A DNA stretch of 64,000 nucleotides from Minisyncoccota bacterium (GTDB taxonomy: Bacteria > Patescibacteriota > Minisyncoccia > Phycocordibacterales > PALSA-1337): the NCBI GenBank assembly GCA_041671485.1, contig JBAZBL010000005.1, positions 19,296 to 83,295 on the forward strand, in the 5' to 3' direction. Position 1 is the first letter of the stretch. Every line of letters begins with the position of its first letter. Position numbers and translations under genes: made by a program. Under the pieces are notes generated by a model that was not told where the DNA came from, did not search any database, and worked only from the letters and a program-made list of their open reading frames with translations. Positions 39,771 through 49,689 of the stretch are shown here, piece after piece.

Positions 39771-40081
39771 CGAGGCCTACCCTCGGATACCAATACCGAG
39801 ATCGGATCTCAGTAAAAGATCTCGGTAAAATGCCCTATTCTTGGATCAATACCGCTTTTGATGAAGTATCTTCTACACTATATCGTCCGACGAAATAAAG
39901 AATAGTAAAACTGACTATCAATATAAATAAAAAACCAAAGAAAAACTTGAAGAAATTGCGATCGAATGGATTGACCATTGGTATAATTATAGCAAATCAA
40001 GATAACTTTGCCTTCTCTTTTCTCTATCTTCCTCCAAACATCTTTTGTAACATCGCTCTTGTCAGCAGATAATAAATATCA

Positions 40082-41254
40082 CTACAACAAATCATTTGGA
40101 GTAATAATATGTGTTGTCGCTTGCGGATACAACTTCAGAAAATATGTAAAGACAACATCCGTATCGCCCCATTTGCATTCATAAGCATCTATAACAGATC
40201 CTTTCTTCTCAACCACATCCACCTCAAGTCCTTTTCTAGTCCTCCAAAACATTATTTCAGGTGGAAATACAAAATTGTTAACACCCTCTTTTATTCGTTC
40301 ACTCATAAAATAGTTCTCAAAAATAAAACCTACATCATTACGATTACCAAGCGGAGTATCCATATCGACAACTGCATTTCGAACGCCAATATCCAGAAAG
40401 AAAACCTTGAAGGCTTTTTTGAGTTCAGTCCTAGGATTGTTTGAGAACGGATGAACAACTTTAATAATAAATGACTGTTCTAGTAAACGAAGGTATTTTT
40501 GAACAACAGAACGACTGATACCTAAATGAGCTGCTAATTCAGCTAGTGATACCAATGAACCAATCTGTAACGCGAGCAATCTAACAAGATCTTCGAAAAT
40601 ACGTGGATTTCGTATCGCTTCAAATATGAATACATCTTTATAAAGATATTGTGTCGCGATATTCTTGAGTATTATTTTTTTTTCTTCAGTAGATGACGCC
40701 GCAACAACTGCTGGATATGATCCGAACAACATTAAGTCATGTAAATCATTCATCGTAACCGGTCTAAATTTCTTGATTTCATCAAGTGAGAGCGGTAAGA
40801 GTGTAAATTCGAAGATTCTACCAGTCATTGGCTCATTTATTTTATTGGAAAGATCAAATGACGATGAACCCGTCGCGATGATTTGGGTATCCGGGTATGT
40901 ATCATGAAAAACTTTTAGAATAGTGCCTATATCTTGAATAGTCTGTGCTTCATCAAACACAACAATTTTTTTACCTTTGACTAAGGGTAATAACTCATCC
41001 GGTTTCCCGACAATAAAATGTTTTCTAACATCCGCCAATTGACAATCCCAATAAGCACCATCTATTCCATAAGAATTTATAAGCTTTTTAGCTAGGGTAG
41101 TCTTACCAGACTGTCTAGGTCCAAGAATAGCAATCATCTTGTCTTTGAAGAGAGATTCCATAATTCGTGCTTCAATTGTACGTTGGAATATAAGCATATT
41201 ATCTATAATATAACAAATTGCTCTTTGAAAAGCAAATTGTACTGTGGATAACAC
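40082..41254 (-). CDS. AAA-family ATPase with a DUF4143-type C-terminal domain
   Basis: Walker A ILGPRQSGKTTLAKK. Common ATPase(AAA)+DUF4143 architecture. The likely start is MESLFKDKMIAILG. Confidence 0.7.
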   Translation of the reverse strand: MLSTVQFAFQRAICYIIDNMLIFQRTIEARIMESLFKDKMIAILGPRQSGKTTLAKKLINSYGIDGAYWDCQLADVRKHFIVGKPDELLPLVKGKKIVVFDEAQTIQDIGTILKVFHDTYPDTQIIATGSSSFDLSNKINEPMTGRIFEFTLLPLSLDEIKKFRPVTMNDLHDLMLFGSYPAVVAASSTEEKKIILKNIATQYLYKDVFIFEAIRNPRIFEDLVRLLALQIGSLVSLAELAAHLGISRSVVQKYLRLLEQSFIIKVVHPFSNNPRTELKKAFKVFFLDIGVRNAVVDMDTPLGNRNDVGFIFENYFMSERIKEGVNNFVFPPEIMFWRTRKGLEVDVVEKKGSVIDAYECKWGDTDVVFTYFLKLYPQATTHIITPNDLL

Positions 41255-41300
41255 AAAAACCCCTTTTTAGGAGTTTTTGTTCGCTCTTAATCTTTATTAT

Positions 41301-42419
41301 TTACCTTGTTGCCCCAAATACCTCTTGCAACATCGCTCTAGTCATTGGTCCGACTGTGCCATAACCACTATCACCCTCTTTGGCGATCTTGTATTTGACT
41401 TGGAATTTCTGAACTGCCTTTTCTGTCAGAGACCCAAATGATGTTGTTTCATTACCTAGAGAACCAACTCCATCTACTGCAACTTTTGTATCTGCATCTG
41501 TATTCAAGAGTTGTTGCAAACGCTTCACATCATCACCACTGGCACCTTTACTCATGTTTTGGGCAAAGAATGCTCCACCTGAAACTGTGGCTGGAACAGC
41601 TGGAGTTGCCGGAACTGCAGGAGTTACGGTTGGAATAGCGGGAGTAGCAGGAATAGCTGGTGTCGCGCCTGATGTTCCGAATACCACGCCAAGCTTCGCG
41701 CGCGTTGCTGGCCCAACTCTACCGACTTGGTCTATACCATATTTTGCTTGGAATCTTTTTACTGCACGTTCCGTGGCAGGACCAAAGTAGCCAGTAACAA
41801 GACCTTCGGGATAGAGTACCTGATCTTGCGCGAGGAGTTGCTGGAGGCGGGTAACATCAGAGTTGGTGGTACCGCGAGAGAGGTCGGTGGAGAATGTGGA
41901 TTGTATTCTGATTTGTGTAATGACTGTCGGAGTTACCATCGGGGTAGCAACCAAGGTTGCCGGGATTGGAGTTGAAGTTGTGACTGTCGAACCACCACTT
42001 GAACTAGCACCAGAAGATGATGATGAAGTGTTGGAAGATCCACTTCCACTCGACTGCGAAGTACAATAATCAGAAGAGACCGTAATGACTGCTGTTTGTG
42101 TTTCCGTCTCACTATCCGGAACTGTAATAACTAATGAATTTGTAAGCCCACATTGCTGTGTAACATAACTACTTGTTACTCCTGAGACCGTCATAACTTT
42201 TCTCATAGCAGAATCTACATGAATTGATGATCCTGCAGATACTATAACTGAGAAACTTGAGGTATCAACCACAATTGAATCAATACTAGCCGTTGAACCG
42301 CTTACCGTTAGATTATAGTCACCAATAACCACATTTTCCGCTAAACTAACATCATTGGTAGCACCAACAACTATAGGTACTGCTATAATTGCTATGACTA
42401 AATATATGTATTTGTACAT
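41301..42419 (-). CDS. Ser/Thr/Ala-Pro-rich secreted protein with two PG_binding_1 (peptidoglycan-binding) domains
   Basis: Signal peptide. Two copies of ...LQQLL..D.......DG.FG..T..AV.KFQ..YGI. Confidence 0.6.
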   Translation of the reverse strand: MYKYIYLVIAIIAVPIVVGATNDVSLAENVVIGDYNLTVSGSTASIDSIVVDTSSFSVIVSAGSSIHVDSAMRKVMTVSGVTSSYVTQQCGLTNSLVITVPDSETETQTAVITVSSDYCTSQSSGSGSSNTSSSSSGASSSGGSTVTTSTPIPATLVATPMVTPTVITQIRIQSTFSTDLSRGTTNSDVTRLQQLLAQDQVLYPEGLVTGYFGPATERAVKRFQAKYGIDQVGRVGPATRAKLGVVFGTSGATPAIPATPAIPTVTPAVPATPAVPATVSGGAFFAQNMSKGASGDDVKRLQQLLNTDADTKVAVDGVGSLGNETTSFGSLTEKAVQKFQVKYKIAKEGDSGYGTVGPMTRAMLQEVFGATR

Positions 42420-42435
42420 ATTAATTATTTAATAA

Positions 42436-42981
42436 TTAACGAACAATGAAGTACGAAACTGAAGTCGTGGCAAGAGCAAAAGACGAAGTAGCTACCGAGG
42501 AGTCTGATCCAAATGGAATTGCCAAGCCAACTTCAATGTATGTTGCCGTTGAAGATGCTTTGGCATAAGTCATGATTAAACCTGGTGTTCCTCCTAGACT
42601 TCCACCATCAGATGGTAATGTTACAAATACAAGATCGCCACTTGCTACATTGGCAACCGAGCACTGAAACGGCTTAGTTGATGTCGCAAGAGGAAGGTTT
42701 AATACTGTTGTAGAGAGATTGCATGTTCCCTTAAGAATTTGGCTCATCGTAGTTCCAGTTGAACCACCAACTGAAAGCAATGTCGTTGAGGCATTACCTA
42801 AGGTCGCAAGTCCAGAAACAGTTAATGTTCCACCGTCTGTTGTTGTAATATTCCCAGCCGTAGAAATATTGGTGCTAATAGTTGTTACCGCTGATGCAAC
42901 TGACACCACAAAAAATACTGAAACAACGATTGACAAAACAAAAGCTGTTTTGTTTTGTCTTAAACTCAAAAAAGTTTTCAT
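42436..42981 (-). CDS. hypothetical secreted Ser/Thr/Gly-rich protein
   Basis: 181 aa, signal anchor, low-complexity T/S/G-rich. Confidence 0.4.
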   Translation of the reverse strand: MKTFLSLRQNKTAFVLSIVVSVFFVVSVASAVTTISTNISTAGNITTTDGGTLTVSGLATLGNASTTLLSVGGSTGTTMSQILKGTCNLSTTVLNLPLATSTKPFQCSVANVASGDLVFVTLPSDGGSLGGTPGLIMTYAKASSTATYIEVGLAIPFGSDSSVATSSFALATTSVSYFIVR

Positions 42982-43138
42982 AGTAAATTAAAAATAGAGT
43001 TATTAATTAATAATAGCTGACAAGCTATTTTAGCTCACCTGTATTATACAACCAAACAACACATTCATACTAAGAAGAACTGTGGACAACTATACGCGTA
43101 TCCCCACATATCTTCTCAATGGCTAATCTCTTGAAGAT

Positions 43139-43894
43139 TTACATACTCTTACTCTCATTTCTTAAGATGTTACTTCCTCGTCCTTGAGTAAAAACAGTGA
43201 ATCGTAATCTTATCGGTGTGATAATACCACCAATAATGATAGACAATGATATCTTTGATTGACCTTTTCTCCTTTCACGAAAAATTATTGGTACCTCAAC
43301 ACAAGAAGCGCCACAAATTTTAACGCAGTAATATTTAAATTCAATTTGATAGGCATAACCAGAATTGTAAAATCTCTTGAAATTTATATTATCCAAGATA
43401 CTTTTTCGAAAACAGACATACCCTGCAGTCAAATCTTTTATTTTCATCCCTAAAATGATCTGGCTGTAAATATTTCCCAAACAACTAAGCATTCTTCTAT
43501 ACCATTCCCAATTTTCAACCCCACCACCTTTGACATACCTTGATCCGATAATGAGATCAAAGTTATTCACCTCTTTCAACATCTCATGAATATATTTTGG
43601 ATCATGGGAGCCATCAGCGTCCATGGTTATTATATTGTCAATTCCTTTCATTGTTTTCACTCGATTCAAAGCGTCAACATAAGCAACTCCTAGTCCCTCT
43701 TTTCTACCATGTTCAAAAAGCGTGACGCGCGAGTCTCGAATCATCAATTCTTCTACGACTTTAGCAGTTCCGTCGGGTGAATTATCATCAATAATCATAA
43801 TCAAAATATCTTTTTCATATTCACGAATACGCGAAATAATATCAATTATATTATCGCATTCATTATATGTTGGGATAAGAATGATATTACTCAT
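43139..43894 (-). CDS. GT2 polyprenol-phosphate sugar synthase (Dpm1/GtrB/ArnC-like)
   Basis: IPTYNECDNI...IIDDNSPDGT...GLGVAYVDA...TMDADGSHDP. Classic GT-A DxD architecture. 251 aa. Confidence 0.8.
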   Translation of the reverse strand: MSNIILIPTYNECDNIIDIISRIREYEKDILIMIIDDNSPDGTAKVVEELMIRDSRVTLFEHGRKEGLGVAYVDALNRVKTMKGIDNIITMDADGSHDPKYIHEMLKEVNNFDLIIGSRYVKGGGVENWEWYRRMLSCLGNIYSQIILGMKIKDLTAGYVCFRKSILDNINFKRFYNSGYAYQIEFKYYCVKICGASCVEVPIIFRERRKGQSKISLSIIIGGIITPIRLRFTVFTQGRGSNILRNESKSM

Positions 43895-45594
43895 AAATGA
43901 TCTATTCGATATACCTTGAAAACAGGAATATTGTTTTTATTTTTAATAATTGTTATTTCATCCGATATTTTATCAAATCGCTCTGCAATAGTATGGCCAA
44001 GTTGATTGATCTCTATATCATTAGCTCGTATAGAATCCATAACCTGATTATCAATTGGATAAATAAAATATAATGGTTCACCCGAAACTTTCATCAAATC
44101 CTCAATATTAATAATATCTTTATTAGCGGTTGAGAGGAAGGCAGTTGAGATAACAGGCCATCGGTAATATATGAAATATCTCTGAAAATACCACATTTGC
44201 GCAAACCAATTGATCCTATCATCAAATATTACGACACTTCGACCATTTACATCATCATTGCCAAAGACAAGGTCTTCTTTTGTCTTAATTATATTCCTTT
44301 CAGGTAATTTAATGATTATTTCTTTGCGAATAAAATTATCTAGCTCATTAAATCCCAAACTATTCACCTTATTTTCTGAATACAACCAATTGGAAGTTGT
44401 GACGGGTGTCTTCAATACATTCGTATTTATTGAGTAGAACAATTCAAATAAAATAATTCCAGCTATTATGGCAAGAAATATTTTTTTTAATCCATAGCTA
44501 TTTATAGATATATAGGAATAATATACCCCAAGTCCAATAGTTATAGCAATAAACGGCACCATGATAGATAAAAACCTGACAGTACCTCCAGCAAATCCCA
44601 ATATAAGTATCAAAAATGAAGTATTAATTAATATCCAGGATTCGAAACTCTTGAAACCAAGTTTACGTATTCGAAATATAAGTAAGATGAAACAACCAAG
44701 TGCCAAAATGAGTAGAGGATAAGACATATTCTCACCTAAAGTTTTTATTATGTTTATTGTATTACTAAAAATATTGTAGTGGAGAGAACGCTCACTGATA
44801 ATCGAGAAATCCTCAGAATGTATACCAACCATAGAGGATATTGCAGCATCAAAATGACCACGATTTTGATATAAATTCAGATTGTATATGATTATTGGAG
44901 AGAGCAGTGTGATAAACAAAACAAACGCTATAGCAATATTTTTCCATTTATCTCTGAGTTCTTTTCGATATAAAAACGCATACAGAATAATTGGTGGAAT
45001 CAAAAATATAGCTGTGTATTTCGTAAGTAATGCACAAGAAAGGAATATTGCCCATATATAGATATACTTCTTATTCCTCTCCTTGAACATAAAGTATGCT
45101 CCAAATAAAACGCTACCAACAATAAAAAATTCTTCTATACCTTCTAGATATACAGCCTGTCCAACCCATACTGCATAAGAAGATACTGTGAGTGTAATAG
45201 TTGCAATTGAAGCAATAGTTCTGTTAGTTAATTGCTTTAATAGGTAATATAAAAGCCAAATAGATCCTATCCCAGCAATAATAAATGGTAATCGTGCTAC
45301 AACAGTACCTCCTCCTCCCAAAATCACAAAAAATATTTTCTGTATCAAAAATGCCAATGGTGGAGCATCGTGGAAAGACAATGTAGACCAATTTGGAATA
45401 TTTCCGAACCATTGCAGCGGAGTTGTTTGCCCACTCGTACCGAAATAATCTAGCCATCCAAAAGCACGAAATGAATTTATCGCACCATCGTTATACAAAT
45501 CACCAAATGAAATAGGAAGAAAACGAGTAATAATGATCCAAATCACTACTATCCCAATAATCATTCCTTCTTTATGTGCTTTCACGAACTCCAT
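43891..45594 (-). CDS. GT-C membrane glycosyltransferase (PMT_2/ArnT/GT39-83-like) with a C-terminal extracytoplasmic domain
   Basis: ~11 TM. Conserved FHDAPPL loop motif. Its start overlaps the upstream GT2 gene by 4 nt, so it is translationally coupled. Confidence 0.65.
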   Translation of the reverse strand: MEFVKAHKEGMIIGIVVIWIIITRFLPISFGDLYNDGAINSFRAFGWLDYFGTSGQTTPLQWFGNIPNWSTLSFHDAPPLAFLIQKIFFVILGGGGTVVARLPFIIAGIGSIWLLYYLLKQLTNRTIASIATITLTVSSYAVWVGQAVYLEGIEEFFIVGSVLFGAYFMFKERNKKYIYIWAIFLSCALLTKYTAIFLIPPIILYAFLYRKELRDKWKNIAIAFVLFITLLSPIIIYNLNLYQNRGHFDAAISSMVGIHSEDFSIISERSLHYNIFSNTINIIKTLGENMSYPLLILALGCFILLIFRIRKLGFKSFESWILINTSFLILILGFAGGTVRFLSIMVPFIAITIGLGVYYSYISINSYGLKKIFLAIIAGIILFELFYSINTNVLKTPVTTSNWLYSENKVNSLGFNELDNFIRKEIIIKLPERNIIKTKEDLVFGNDDVNGRSVVIFDDRINWFAQMWYFQRYFIYYRWPVISTAFLSTANKDIINIEDLMKVSGEPLYFIYPIDNQVMDSIRANDIEINQLGHTIAERFDKISDEITIIKNKNNIPVFKVYRIDHL

Positions 45595-45600
45595 AGATTA

Positions 45601-46233
45601 TTATTCACCAGGAGGATACTTGGAAATGAAATACCGAGTAACATCGTTGTCACCTGTTGCTGTACCCTCATATTTGATCAAACTTGTGGTAGACGAGACC
45701 AATGATTCACCTTCATCTGTGATTATAAGATCAAATCTTGACGCCGGAAACCAGCCCAATCGAAAAGGAACTGTATGAAATATTGCTTTACCATCTAGAA
45801 TGTCTGGTTCTGTGGTTTTCTCCACGAGCAAATGGAGCAGATCGCCCGCTTCGGTAAACCGTGATAAATTGACTTTTACGATTTTACTCGTGGTAGTGGC
45901 AGTGATTGATGATATAACCTTTCCATAAAGAGCTGTGAATGTTTCCATACAGGCATCCCCAGTTCTACCCATTTCTTTCAAAATATTGTTGTTTTCAATC
46001 TTATTACACGTACTCACTATTTTGATTTTCTGTTCTGGTTCATTGGAAACAGAATACTCACCTATTGTATCTGGAAAATATTTACTGGCTCTTTTTAACT
46101 CAATCTGCTTCATAGATTCATTCGATTGTAGAAAATCTGAAATTTGCCATTTCAGAACATATCCAACAGCAAAACATGTAATTACAAATACCCCTACTAG
46201 TATAAAATAGAAGACAATTTTCTTTATATTCAT
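45601..46233 (-). CDS. hypothetical membrane-anchored extracytoplasmic protein
   Basis: 210 aa with an N-terminal TM. 6 nt from the GT-C gene. Confidence 0.4.
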   Translation of the reverse strand: MNIKKIVFYFILVGVFVITCFAVGYVLKWQISDFLQSNESMKQIELKRASKYFPDTIGEYSVSNEPEQKIKIVSTCNKIENNNILKEMGRTGDACMETFTALYGKVISSITATTTSKIVKVNLSRFTEAGDLLHLLVEKTTEPDILDGKAIFHTVPFRLGWFPASRFDLIITDEGESLVSSTTSLIKYEGTATGDNDVTRYFISKYPPGE

Positions 46234-46333
46234 AATATTACAATAATAGCACCATAATTCCTACAATACAAAACCGCCCTGCAGGGCGGTTTTGTATTTC
46301 TAACTCATTACATCAACACTATCTTGAAGACTA

Positions 46334-48241
46334 CTAAATCGTAGCTGTCTTCTGTAGTGTAGCAGAATCAGTGTAGAAAGTATCAATACCCCATGTCTGA
46401 TTGGCAATTGTCAAACCACCAACCGTGGAGTCAATATCTTGCACCGCCATAAGTAATGATGTAGGACCACTCTGAACCATCGAACTTAACGATGTTAGAG
46501 TACCAGTCAAGGTAACAGTGTATGTACCCCCGTCACCAACTGTAGAATCACTTGGCGAAACTGAAACTGACTTCGTAGAGCTTGCATCTCCTACGACCAA
46601 AACAATATCCTTGTTAACCGTATAACTACTAACTGTAGTGGAAGCAAAACCAAAGTTGAAGTTACCTGCTGTTGGCTTTGTCATCGAACCACCCATTGCT
46701 GTGGCTTTGAGGACAATGACGCCAGTAATCGTGCTTGAAGCAGCATCGATTGTTCCAGTAGTCTTGCTAATACTTGTGCTTTGAAGAGTCCACTGCGGAG
46801 CAGCTGTATACAAGTACTGATCATTGCTGGAAAGGGCACTGTTTGTACTTGAAGCAGTTGTGCTATCTGGTTTTTCAAACTTGATACCTGTTGCAACAAC
46901 CGAAGTTGAAGCAGCTTGACCACCTACGGTTGAAGCAAAGTCTGCCTTAATTGTAAGTGCCTTTGTAGAATCCTGTGCAACAGGAACGGTAAGATCAGCA
47001 AATCTGACTACACCACCCGAAGTTGCAGGAGCACTAATTGATGCCAACATATTTGAACTATCATATAGGTACAATGTTGAAGGCAATCCAGCAGTTGATG
47101 TAGCATTTACAGTTATATCAATGGTCTTCAATACTGAACTACCAGTCTCTGATTTAACATTGAATACTTGCATAACTAATTTCTTGACTCCATCTGTTGT
47201 GCTAACTCTGTTTGTCGTTGACTTTGGAGTAAGACCAGAATCTGTCGTAACTGTCAAAGCTGATGTACCGGAAGTAGTAAATACTTGAACACGGCTATTG
47301 CTTGAGCCAGACATATCTGTATAAGAGCTTAGTCCTGCTCCATCAATTGCTCGGACGTTCTGAGTATTTCCTACATATCCTTGTACCGTCAAGTATCTTG
47401 ACGATTGATCTGAAGAAACACCTACTGCATCAATACTAAATGTTAATGATTTCGTTGCATTTTTTGGAACAACGAAGTTCATACCTGAAGCGATAACATA
47501 GTATCTATCAGATGAATCTTTGTTGAAATCGGCTGCGCCTAGATCCCAACTCTTGACCAAAGTTGAACCATCATAAGCATATAGCTTTCTAACAAATGTT
47601 GAAGGATTGCTTAGACTTGCTGTTGCAGATCCAACTCCTACTGCCATCTGAAGATATACACGATCAACGATCATGTCTGAACCTTGTGCTCTTACCTCAA
47701 TACCATAAACAGGAACTTGCGAAATTGTTCGAATATTTGAATCTGCGATTGGATTTGAAGCAAGTTTGGTTGTGATCAAACCTTCAGCACCTGCAGTCGT
47801 TATACCTCCACCCGTTACTGGCGTACCTCCACCAATTGGTGTGCAGATCATACCTACTGGGCACGCAACTGCAACTGGTAATGGATTGATAGGTGTACAA
47901 ATCATGCCTACTGGGCAATTCGCTGTTGCAACTACACCACCGCGAGCATTGATAGCTGCGCGAGTGAGAGGACCAACGAAGCCAGTGTTTGGAATACCGT
48001 TAGCAGCCTGATAGGCTACAACGGCAGCCTTTGTCTGTGAACCAAAGTAACCTTTGGCGGCAGCACCTGAAGTAATAGCTGGGATCTCATAAGCTTGACT
48101 CATGAGCCATGTCTGAAGAGCGACAACATCAGCACCTGTTGAACCAACTGTTAGGTTAGTATTGAAGGTGTAACCTTGCGCCGATACGATTGTGGCAAGT
48201 GCCAATACGGCAATACCAGTCGTCATAAGAATTCTTTTCAT
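46334..48241 (-). CDS. cell-surface protein: N-terminal PG_binding_1 domain, CPVGMICTP repeats and a long Ser/Thr-rich region
   Basis: Signal peptide. ADVVALQTWL....GYFGSQTKAAVVAYQAANGI. A duplicated CPVGMICTPI motif, then ~450 aa of S/T/G-rich beta-rich sequence. Confidence 0.6.
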   Translation of the reverse strand: MKRILMTTGIAVLALATIVSAQGYTFNTNLTVGSTGADVVALQTWLMSQAYEIPAITSGAAAKGYFGSQTKAAVVAYQAANGIPNTGFVGPLTRAAINARGGVVATANCPVGMICTPINPLPVAVACPVGMICTPIGGGTPVTGGGITTAGAEGLITTKLASNPIADSNIRTISQVPVYGIEVRAQGSDMIVDRVYLQMAVGVGSATASLSNPSTFVRKLYAYDGSTLVKSWDLGAADFNKDSSDRYYVIASGMNFVVPKNATKSLTFSIDAVGVSSDQSSRYLTVQGYVGNTQNVRAIDGAGLSSYTDMSGSSNSRVQVFTTSGTSALTVTTDSGLTPKSTTNRVSTTDGVKKLVMQVFNVKSETGSSVLKTIDITVNATSTAGLPSTLYLYDSSNMLASISAPATSGGVVRFADLTVPVAQDSTKALTIKADFASTVGGQAASTSVVATGIKFEKPDSTTASSTNSALSSNDQYLYTAAPQWTLQSTSISKTTGTIDAASSTITGVIVLKATAMGGSMTKPTAGNFNFGFASTTVSSYTVNKDIVLVVGDASSTKSVSVSPSDSTVGDGGTYTVTLTGTLTSLSSMVQSGPTSLLMAVQDIDSTVGGLTIANQTWGIDTFYTDSATLQKTATI

Positions 48242-48622
48242 ACGTATGTTTTGAATAATTAACGCGCTTCTCTTCTTTAATTAATAATATAAGAGAATTA
48301 ACGCGACTTGTAATCTAATAACGATCGTGCGCATGTCCGTAATGAAACGGACCGACTTGCGCACTTTCCACATTTCACTCTCTTCAATATCGAATGAAAA
48401 AAATGAAAGTTTGTGGCAAATAAAGTGACAAATAACTTTAACGATCTACGAACCTTTTGATCTGTCAAAGTTCAGAACAAACATGTAAAACGATTCGACC
48501 GCATTACACATTTGCTACACCGTATTATCGCACACATATTATGACCATACAAAATAGTCAAATTGTGGATAACTATCACAGTTTGAGGCTTTTCCCCAAA
48601 AAAGTCAAGTTCTACTAACTTT

Positions 48623-49390
48623 TTACCCAAGAGAATACCTACTCCACCTCCTCTCACCCTCTTTTTTTATAATACCCTTATTGACCATTTCAATGATTTC
48701 CCTCTGAATAGTCTTCTCGCTACAGTCTTTTATGACCTTTGAAAAGTCCTTTATTGTAAGATTTGATTTGTTCTTTAAGGCATTGATTATGCTTTGTTGT
48801 CTTTGAACTTTCTTCTCTTCTATTGCCGAATGTCCCAGAGATCCATCTGACAGTCCTTTCTTCTTCATTGAACCAGCAATATTCTTTATTCCTGAACTAT
48901 AATTACTCCTTTCGCTTGTCCTAAATCCACTTGTGAATAAACTAGGTGTTTTGAAGAATTGTTCAGATAGTACAAGACCAGCATTTTGGGCATTCTCTGA
49001 CAATCTGTCCTTCATAAGTGCAATGACCTGATCTATCTCTTTGACCAATAAGGAATGATTCATGTCCGAAATAAGGTTGGAAATTTTTGCCACATTCAAT
49101 AATGATATGGTCTCTAATGCTGCAGTAAATAAGGATTGAATGATATAATTCTTATCCCCAGGAACAGAATTTGATGCGCTAAAAGACGAAGATAATAAAT
49201 CCATTCCTTTGTCTCTTAGCTCCCATTTAATAGGTTCATCGTCCTTTAGGAGACCAGAGACAAGATACAGAGCAGCAGTTATCTTTTCTGTCTTTTTGAA
49301 TACGTATAGCAAATAATCTTCAACAGAGAAAAAACCCAATGATTTCCAGCTGATAGGGTCATTAAACTGTGGTTGATTGCTATTTGTCAT
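48623..49390 (-). CDS. hypothetical protein with a C-terminal winged-helix DNA-binding domain
   Basis: The C-terminus ...KDFSKVIKDCSEKTIQREIIEMVNKGIIKKEGERRWSRY resembles a wHTH. It is divergent from ftsK across the palindrome region. Confidence 0.4.
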   Translation of the reverse strand: MTNSNQPQFNDPISWKSLGFFSVEDYLLYVFKKTEKITAALYLVSGLLKDDEPIKWELRDKGMDLLSSSFSASNSVPGDKNYIIQSLFTAALETISLLNVAKISNLISDMNHSLLVKEIDQVIALMKDRLSENAQNAGLVLSEQFFKTPSLFTSGFRTSERSNYSSGIKNIAGSMKKKGLSDGSLGHSAIEEKKVQRQQSIINALKNKSNLTIKDFSKVIKDCSEKTIQREIIEMVNKGIIKKEGERRWSRYSLG

Positions 49391-49546
49391 ATATAAGACA
49401 AGGACTAATTTATAAAAGTCGAAATTTTAATATAAAAGTTGTCTTTTATCTAAGACTGTCCTTTACTAAAGGTCATGTAAAAATTCAATGTCTCTTATAT
49501 GTCCATTATAGTTATAAAAGAGAAAGACGCAAGTAGATATTTCTGT

Positions 49547-49668
49547 TGTGTCATCCCCGCGAAAGCGGGGATCCATGTAATGCTAACAAATCTTTGATAG
49601 ACATGGATCCTCGCTTTCGTGAGGATGACAAGATGACACACATAACTAACTTTCATATGGATGACACA
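49547..49668. promoter_or_regulatory. compound GC-rich palindrome with GATGACACA boxes (three direct, one inverted) in the ftsK upstream region
   Basis: tgtgtcatcc-ccgcgaaagcgggg-atccatgt ...23 nt... acatggat-cctcgctttcgtgagg-atgaca. Then gATGACACAc and gGATGACACA, with the last box 22 bp upstream of the ftsK ATG. Confidence 0.55.
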
Positions 49669-49689
49669 ATGTGATATCATTATTGAATA

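Noticed and set aside
41225-41290. Palindrome aaaaacccctttttaggagttttt between the AAA-ATPase gene and the PG-binding protein gene as a special element
   Set aside because: It is most simply a bidirectional intrinsic terminator between two genes. There is nothing beyond that.
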